Shown: piece after piece, positions 34,586 through 38,395 of the stretch
Numbering within the stretch: position 1 is the first letter of the stretch
Layout: each line of letters starts with the position of its first letter
UHGV virus genome: UHGV-0217314
Source: a virus
Direction: 5' to 3' (one strand)
DNA: 38,395 bases
Position numbers and translations under genes: made by a program
Notes under the pieces: model-generated
What the model was told of the DNA's origin: nothing
What the model saw: the letters and a program-made list of their open reading frames with translations, nothing else
The model's database searches: none

Positions 34586-35027
34586 TAGCCGATGCTAATT
34601 CCTTTTCAAGCTCGGCAATGCGTTCTTCCAGTTCTGTATCGGTCAATCCGTCTGCGTTGATGTTAACAGTAGATTGGATCTCATGGACATCAACTGCTTT
34701 GTAGCCAGCACGATCAAGTAAATCTTTCGCTGCATTGATACGATCGGCATCTTTACTAGCTGGATTATTGACAATATCAGATAATACTTTTCGAGCATCT
34801 ATAGCATCAAAGAAAAACTCACGTTTCAATTCCTTTTCCAACTGCTTTTCTCGTTTTTCAAGATATTCTAAAACTATAGGATTTTGAAGGAGTTGATAAG
34901 CTTGTGAGCTCGCAGATGCAGGACTATAGCCAGCTTCAATGGCAGCCTGCGTCTGGTTCTTTTTTCGGTTTTTAAGGTAATTATCTACGAAAAGTTTCTG
35001 TTGCCTTGTAGGGCCTCTCACAGCCAT
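34569..35027 (-). CDS. terS: Terminase small subunit
   Basis: QTQAAIEAGYSPASASSQAYQLL is the Terminase_2-type HTH. Sits upstream of terL. Confidence 0.7.
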   Translation of the reverse strand: MAVRGPTRQQKLFVDNYLKNRKKNQTQAAIEAGYSPASASSQAYQLLQNPIVLEYLEKREKQLEKELKREFFFDAIDARKVLSDIVNNPASKDADRINAAKDLLDRAGYKAVDVHEIQSTVNINADGLTDTELEERIAELEKELASASDEDG

Positions 35028-35072
35028 TTAAAATCACACTCCTTTGCACAACGTCTCTAAGGTAGATAAAAA

Positions 35073-35939
35073 TTATTCATTTGGATTATTAATAATAAAA
35101 AATCGAATAAAATCTCTGCCAAATTTAGATATTTTCAATCTATCTTTCGCTTTTAGTCTAACTTTACTTTTATTTGACAAGGTTTTAATTTTAGCATTTC
35201 TCGCACCAGATAAAGCTTTTATGATACTCTCCGTAGACCCTCTGATTTCATCAATTGCAACTTGAAGATTATTTATATCTTTAACAAGCTTATCATCATA
35301 CTCATTTTCCATCAGACCTAATCTATTTAAATTCTCCCTTATTGCAACATATTGATCGTAGTTAATATCAAAAGCTTTAAGTAACTCTTCATAATTGCTA
35401 TACCCGTCAATATCCTCAAGTGTATTAGCTCTATAAGATAATTTAAGAACCGAAATATCTAAAATAGTCAATTTATCTAGGGTATCAAAGTATAAATAAG
35501 CCACATCAAAAGATGGATTATCCAAATTTAAGAATTCTGAATAACCATTGATCATAAACTCAATTTTTTCCGATTGACTGGTAGATTCAATTTTTCTCAT
35601 AACCATTTCAAAAATTTCATCTAAAATTTGTTTATTCTTCAAAGTTTGTTTTTCGAATTTTTCTTTTAGCTCTTCATCTCTTTTGCTAATAGCTTGAACC
35701 ATTACCTCTAAATTTTTAATTTTTTTATTTGTTCTAAATTCGGTTATAGCTCCACCTATACCTGGTATCAAACTAGCTCCATAATCAATCAAAATATCAC
35801 CACCTTGTCTTGCAAGTTCATTTGTTATAAGAGGTACGACATTTTCTTTTAAAATATCTTTTCCTTGTTCAGAAACAACAGATAGAACATTTTCAAATAA
35901 AAATCCTTTGATTGCATCAATTTTTTCTCCCATAATCAT
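35073..35939 (-). CDS. Hypothetical AT-rich protein (288 aa) between the late activator and terS; moron-like
   Basis: ORF with RBS AAAGGAG. GC is lower than the flanking genes. No recognisable motif. Confidence 0.5.
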   Translation of the reverse strand: MIMGEKIDAIKGFLFENVLSVVSEQGKDILKENVVPLITNELARQGGDILIDYGASLIPGIGGAITEFRTNKKIKNLEVMVQAISKRDEELKEKFEKQTLKNKQILDEIFEMVMRKIESTSQSEKIEFMINGYSEFLNLDNPSFDVAYLYFDTLDKLTILDISVLKLSYRANTLEDIDGYSNYEELLKAFDINYDQYVAIRENLNRLGLMENEYDDKLVKDINNLQVAIDEIRGSTESIIKALSGARNAKIKTLSNKSKVRLKAKDRLKISKFGRDFIRFFIINNPNE

Positions 35940-35979
35940 TAATCTCCTTTATAAATTTATACTTAAAGGATAACCGATT

Positions 35980-36058
35980 ATGGAAATAATAAAAAGACAG
36001 CACTAGCGAATTTCGAAATGAGATGATCCACCTCTTTCAAAAAATTGTGCTGTCTTTC
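35980..36058 (-). terminator. Terminator-like long inverted repeat downstream of the late-activator gene
   Basis: AAAAGACAGCAC (35992-36003) and GTGCTGTCTTT (36047-36057) form a stem of about 11 bp around a 43-nt loop. On the minus strand it is followed by UUUAUUAUUU. Confidence 0.4.
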
Positions 36059-36221
36059 GTATCTGTCAAAGAAGTAAAGCGATTAGGAGACTGCCTCCTT
36101 TCGGTATTTGGATTATTGTGAGTAGCCCAATAACCGACTCTCCGTTTCTTCTACGCTATTACTATAACCCGTTTAAATCAAGAAATATACACAGTCTTTG
36201 AGGTCGCATTTTGTGACAATG

Positions 36222-36728
36222 TCAAAACAAGCTCAACTGATCTTGATCCGCTGAATAGTAGTCCATTTCTTCTTGTTTCTTCAAGCGTTCTTCTCGCCGT
36301 GCCTCATACTCATCCACGAATGATAATGTCTTGCGAATCTCTGTATGCCGCTTTCTGATATAGGATACGCTGTAACCTGTCTCATCTGCTATATCATAAA
36401 CATCCATGTCATCAATATACTTTAATTTAACAATTTGATTGTCTGCACCGCTGAACGAATCAATCAATTCCATCAGTTCAACTTTTTCTTTTTCAAGCAG
36501 CTCTAATTCATTCTCTATGATTCTGATGTTTTCTTCCAACGATGATGATCTTGAATTTTTTTCAAGGCGCACGTTTGCTAAATCACCGTTGACCCATCGA
36601 TCTAATTCCAACCTACTCTTGTTAAGATTCCATTTCATGAAGAGTATTTGTTCTTCTAAGTCTTGGTAGTTTTTAAGCCAATGAAATCTCACAAACGCCA
36701 CCCCTTTATGGTAAAATAGTCTTGTCAC
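36222..36728 (-). CDS. ArpU/RinA-like late transcription activator (sigma region-4-like HTH)
   Basis: IVKLKYIDDMDVYDIADETGYSVSYIRKRHTEIRKTL is a region-4-type HTH. Sits upstream of the packaging genes. An alternative start is the GTG at 36692 with RBS AAAGGGG. Confidence 0.55.
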   Translation of the reverse strand: MTRLFYHKGVAFVRFHWLKNYQDLEEQILFMKWNLNKSRLELDRWVNGDLANVRLEKNSRSSSLEENIRIIENELELLEKEKVELMELIDSFSGADNQIVKLKYIDDMDVYDIADETGYSVSYIRKRHTEIRKTLSFVDEYEARREERLKKQEEMDYYSADQDQLSLF

Positions 36729-36874
36729 AGGTCACTTACCCAAAAGGTAGTGGCTTTTTTTATTTATCAAAATGTGAGCCATGTTGATGTTCTTCATCAA
36801 TGATCAAACTCTTCAAGGTCTTACCAAGTACTTTTTTATTTATGGTTCCGTTCGCCTTGGCTTTTTCTAGTAAC

Positions 36875-37012
36875 TTACGCTTCTTCTTTTTTACTTTCGA
36901 TTTTTTCTTTGGCAATGGCTTGCTTCTCCTTTTCATCTAATTCTTTCCCGAAAATCACACTTGCGAATACTGCCGCTATTACGGCAACAAATATTAAAAC
37001 CGCTTCTGTCAT
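36875..37012 (-). CDS. Small membrane protein (45 aa). Not in the ORF track.
   Basis: The ATG at 37012 overlaps the upstream stop (ATGA). Translation: MTEAVLIFVAVIAAVFASVIFGKELDEKEKQAIAKEKIESKKEEA. Confidence 0.35.
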   Translation of the reverse strand: MTEAVLIFVAVIAAVFASVIFGKELDEKEKQAIAKEKIESKKEEA

Positions 37013-37209
37013 TTTAGTACCTTCTCAATTTCCTGCTCTAGCCATTCATCTTTCGTTGCTAGCAAGGTGCCTTCTTTGGAATAATATTCATCGATCAACC
37101 TTGCTGGATTTTCTGTGGTTCCCTCACCTTCGAACGAAACCACATGAATAACTTCCATCATTTTAACTTCACGAACATGTTTTGATTTCTTAGGTAGTAC
37201 CATTTTCAT
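37009..37209 (-). CDS. Hypothetical protein (66 aa)
   Basis: ORF with overlap coupling to its neighbours. Confidence 0.4.
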   Translation of the reverse strand: MKMVLPKKSKHVREVKMMEVIHVVSFEGEGTTENPARLIDEYYSKEGTLLATKDEWLEQEIEKVLK

Positions 37210-37394
37210 CCCCCACTTTCTATAGCTTTACTGACAATCGGATCTCGATATAACATTTTGTACTTGAGTTTTTCATGCTGCAGTTGTTCTTGTAACTGCT
37301 CAATTTGTTCCTGTTGGTCCACTATTGTATAGGACATGATAATAACTATAGTCCCCAATAAAAGTACGGCAATACCAATAATCCTTCTTCTCAT
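37206..37394 (-). CDS. Small membrane/coiled-coil protein (62 aa)
   Basis: RBS GAGAGGTG. N-terminal TM IIGIAVLLLGTIVIIM. Confidence 0.45.
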   Translation of the reverse strand: MRRRIIGIAVLLLGTIVIIMSYTIVDQQEQIEQLQEQLQHEKLKYKMLYRDPIVSKAIESGG

Positions 37395-37445
37395 TCAAAC
37401 ACCTCTCGTTATTTAATATATTTTCCAAACATTCCCTGACACTCT

Positions 37446-37473
37446 TATATAAGCTACTTTCGCCTATTTTTGA
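37446..37473 (-). promoter_or_regulatory. Candidate minus-strand promoter (TTCAAA-16-TATATA) for the small-gene/late-activator operon
   Basis: Read on the minus strand: -35 TTCAAA (plus 37468-37473) and -10 TATATA (plus 37446-37451). Confidence 0.3.
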
Positions 37474-37537
37474 ACCACTATGATCCTCTATGATATTCTA
37501 ACGGCTTCTAATCCTTTGTCATCTTTAAATCAAGTTC

Positions 37538-37723
37538 TTGCCAAAAATGGGGATTGCTGTTATATTATTGGTGAGGATATAGATCTTACTCCTCGCCAAG
37601 CCTGAATCTGGATCATTCGTGATCGAAGTGGGAATTGAGTGCACCCACGTTCCCCCGCGGGCGGGTTAGCCTAGCGTTTGTCTGCATGGGACGGTATCCA
37701 TGCTTTGCACTCTTATTTTTTTT
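37538..37723 (+). ncRNA. Candidate structured leader / small RNA. A promoter (TTGCCA-17-TATATT) is followed by a GC-rich multi-hairpin RNA of about 150 nt that ends in a hairpin with a U-rich stretch downstream.
   Basis: -35 at 37538-37543 and -10 at 37561-37566. Hairpins GGTGAGGA...TCCTCGCC, GTGGG...CCCAC, the palindrome CCCGCGGG, and GCATGG-gacggtat-CCATGC. A T-run lies about 12 nt downstream of the last hairpin. Confidence 0.35.
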
Positions 37724-37743
37724 GTACATTTTTGGAGGTTAGA

Positions 37744-38295
37744 ATGAATACAGATTTCTCTCTCACTTATAATCAGTATCTTTCTAACTTTGATGGAAAG
37801 ATGGCTATCCTAACAACAAAGTTTGAACCTTTAGATAGGTTTTATATTAAGTTCGATATAAAGCAATTACCTCACTTATTGGGTCTTCAATACATCTACA
37901 CCGATCCGCCCCAAACATTATGCGAAATGCTCTGCAACAAGGACATAACTTACGAAAAACTGCAGCGTCATCAAAATTTCGTGAAAATTAAAGATCGTAT
38001 CACATTGTTTCCGTATATACTAAATATTTTTTTAGAAGACTATAATGCCTCGGTGATATATGTCTCTGAGCAAGATCGTCATGGATCTTCAATGAAGTTA
38101 GATATCGTGTTTGCCCATCCACATAAAAACAAATATCTGAACTTAGGACTGAGAGAAACGAGAGAATCAATTTATTCACCCGTAACTTTCTATGTCTTTA
38201 AGAAAGGGCGGCATCCAGTTATGCCTTCTTCAAAAAGGGCAAAGGTTGAAACAATAGAATTTATCAACCCAACTAGACAAATACAACTCTTTTAA
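37744..38295 (+). CDS. Hypothetical plus-strand moron protein (184 aa). Start refined from the ORF-track start at 37678.
   Basis: RBS GGAGG lies 6 nt upstream of the ATG at 37744. It is on the opposite strand to the surrounding genes and has its own terminator. Confidence 0.55.
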   Translation: MNTDFSLTYNQYLSNFDGKMAILTTKFEPLDRFYIKFDIKQLPHLLGLQYIYTDPPQTLCEMLCNKDITYEKLQRHQNFVKIKDRITLFPYILNIFLEDYNASVIYVSEQDRHGSSMKLDIVFAHPHKNKYLNLGLRETRESIYSPVTFYVFKKGRHPVMPSSKRAKVETIEFINPTRQIQLF

Positions 38296-38305
38296 GTTTT
38301 AGTAG

Positions 38306-38331
38306 ACCATCGTAAGCGATGGTTTTTTTGA
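38306..38331 (+). terminator. Intrinsic terminator after the 37744..38295 gene
   Basis: ACCATCG-taagc-CGATGGT followed by TTTTTTT. Confidence 0.5.
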
Positions 38332-38395
38332 TGTCTGAATTCCGTTATCGCTGACGATTGCGGAATTACTGCACACTTTTTACTAAAGACTTAAA

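Noticed and set aside
36909-37151. Plus-strand ORF 36909..37151
   Set aside because: It overlaps, on the opposite strand, two coupled minus-strand small genes that have RBSs. The translation is Ala/Leu-rich reverse-frame junk.
37640-37710. tRNA-like GC-rich segment (GGGCGGGTTAGCCTAGCG...)
   Set aside because: No complementary 3' acceptor strand, no T-loop (GTTCRANYC) and no anticodon arm could be drawn. It is interpreted as part of a structured leader.
38136-38175. R-E-T-R-E-S string in the 37744..38295 protein resembling an RES-domain signature
   Set aside because: A true RES domain has its conserved R, E and S residues spread across the fold, not contiguous. This looks coincidental.
1-38395. 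CRISPR arrays, rRNA and canonical tRNA genes
   Set aside because: No regularly spaced direct repeats with unique spacers were found, and no rRNA-like segments. The only tandem repeats are short intragenic iterons or coding repeats.

Overview
The window reads as an essentially complete, roughly 38.4 kb temperate siphovirus genome of a low-GC Gram-positive host. Codon usage and gene content resemble Enterococcus or Lactobacillales phages. It appears to be in the phage (attP) form and circularly permuted relative to the usual map.

Gene layout, left to right:
- Minus-strand early and replication genes (1-9552): a partial ORF at the left edge, an orphan cytosine-5 DNA methyltransferase, small HTH and zinc-ribbon proteins, a DUF1064-like protein, a DnaC-like helicase loader, a replisome organizer with ori-like iterons inside the gene, a PD-(D/E)XK exonuclease, a RecT-like annealing protein, and small unknown proteins.
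- A divergent Cro-like / CI-like (HTH plus S24 peptidase) genetic switch with operator repeats, followed by a tyrosine integrase.
- A non-coding attP-like region.
- A plus-strand two-gene moron operon (a SHOCT/glycine-zipper protein and a small 2-TM protein) with its own promoter and terminator.
- The minus-strand late region: GH25/SH3b endolysin, holin, XhlA-like protein, Tal/receptor-binding protein (1453 aa), Dit, tape measure, gpG/gpGT tail chaperones with a -1 frameshift, a glycosyltransferase-like protein inserted next to the major tail protein, head-tail joining proteins, major capsid, scaffold, head morphogenesis protein, portal, TerL and TerS.
- An AT-rich unknown gene, an ArpU/RinA-like late activator, small membrane proteins, and a plus-strand moron gene preceded by a GC-rich structured leader that ends in a hairpin followed by a U-rich stretch.

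The most interesting signals:
1. A candidate virion O-glycosylation system. The GT-like gene sits beside the major tail protein, and both the major capsid and major tail proteins end in poly-Thr tails.
2. An L27/Prp-type N-terminal cleavage motif (LQFFA) shared by the scaffold and the major capsid protein.
3. Two independent moron loci, one of them associated with a structured leader RNA.
4. ori iterons embedded in the replisome organizer gene.

No tRNA, rRNA or CRISPR array was seen. All calls rest on reading the sequence; none was checked against a database.
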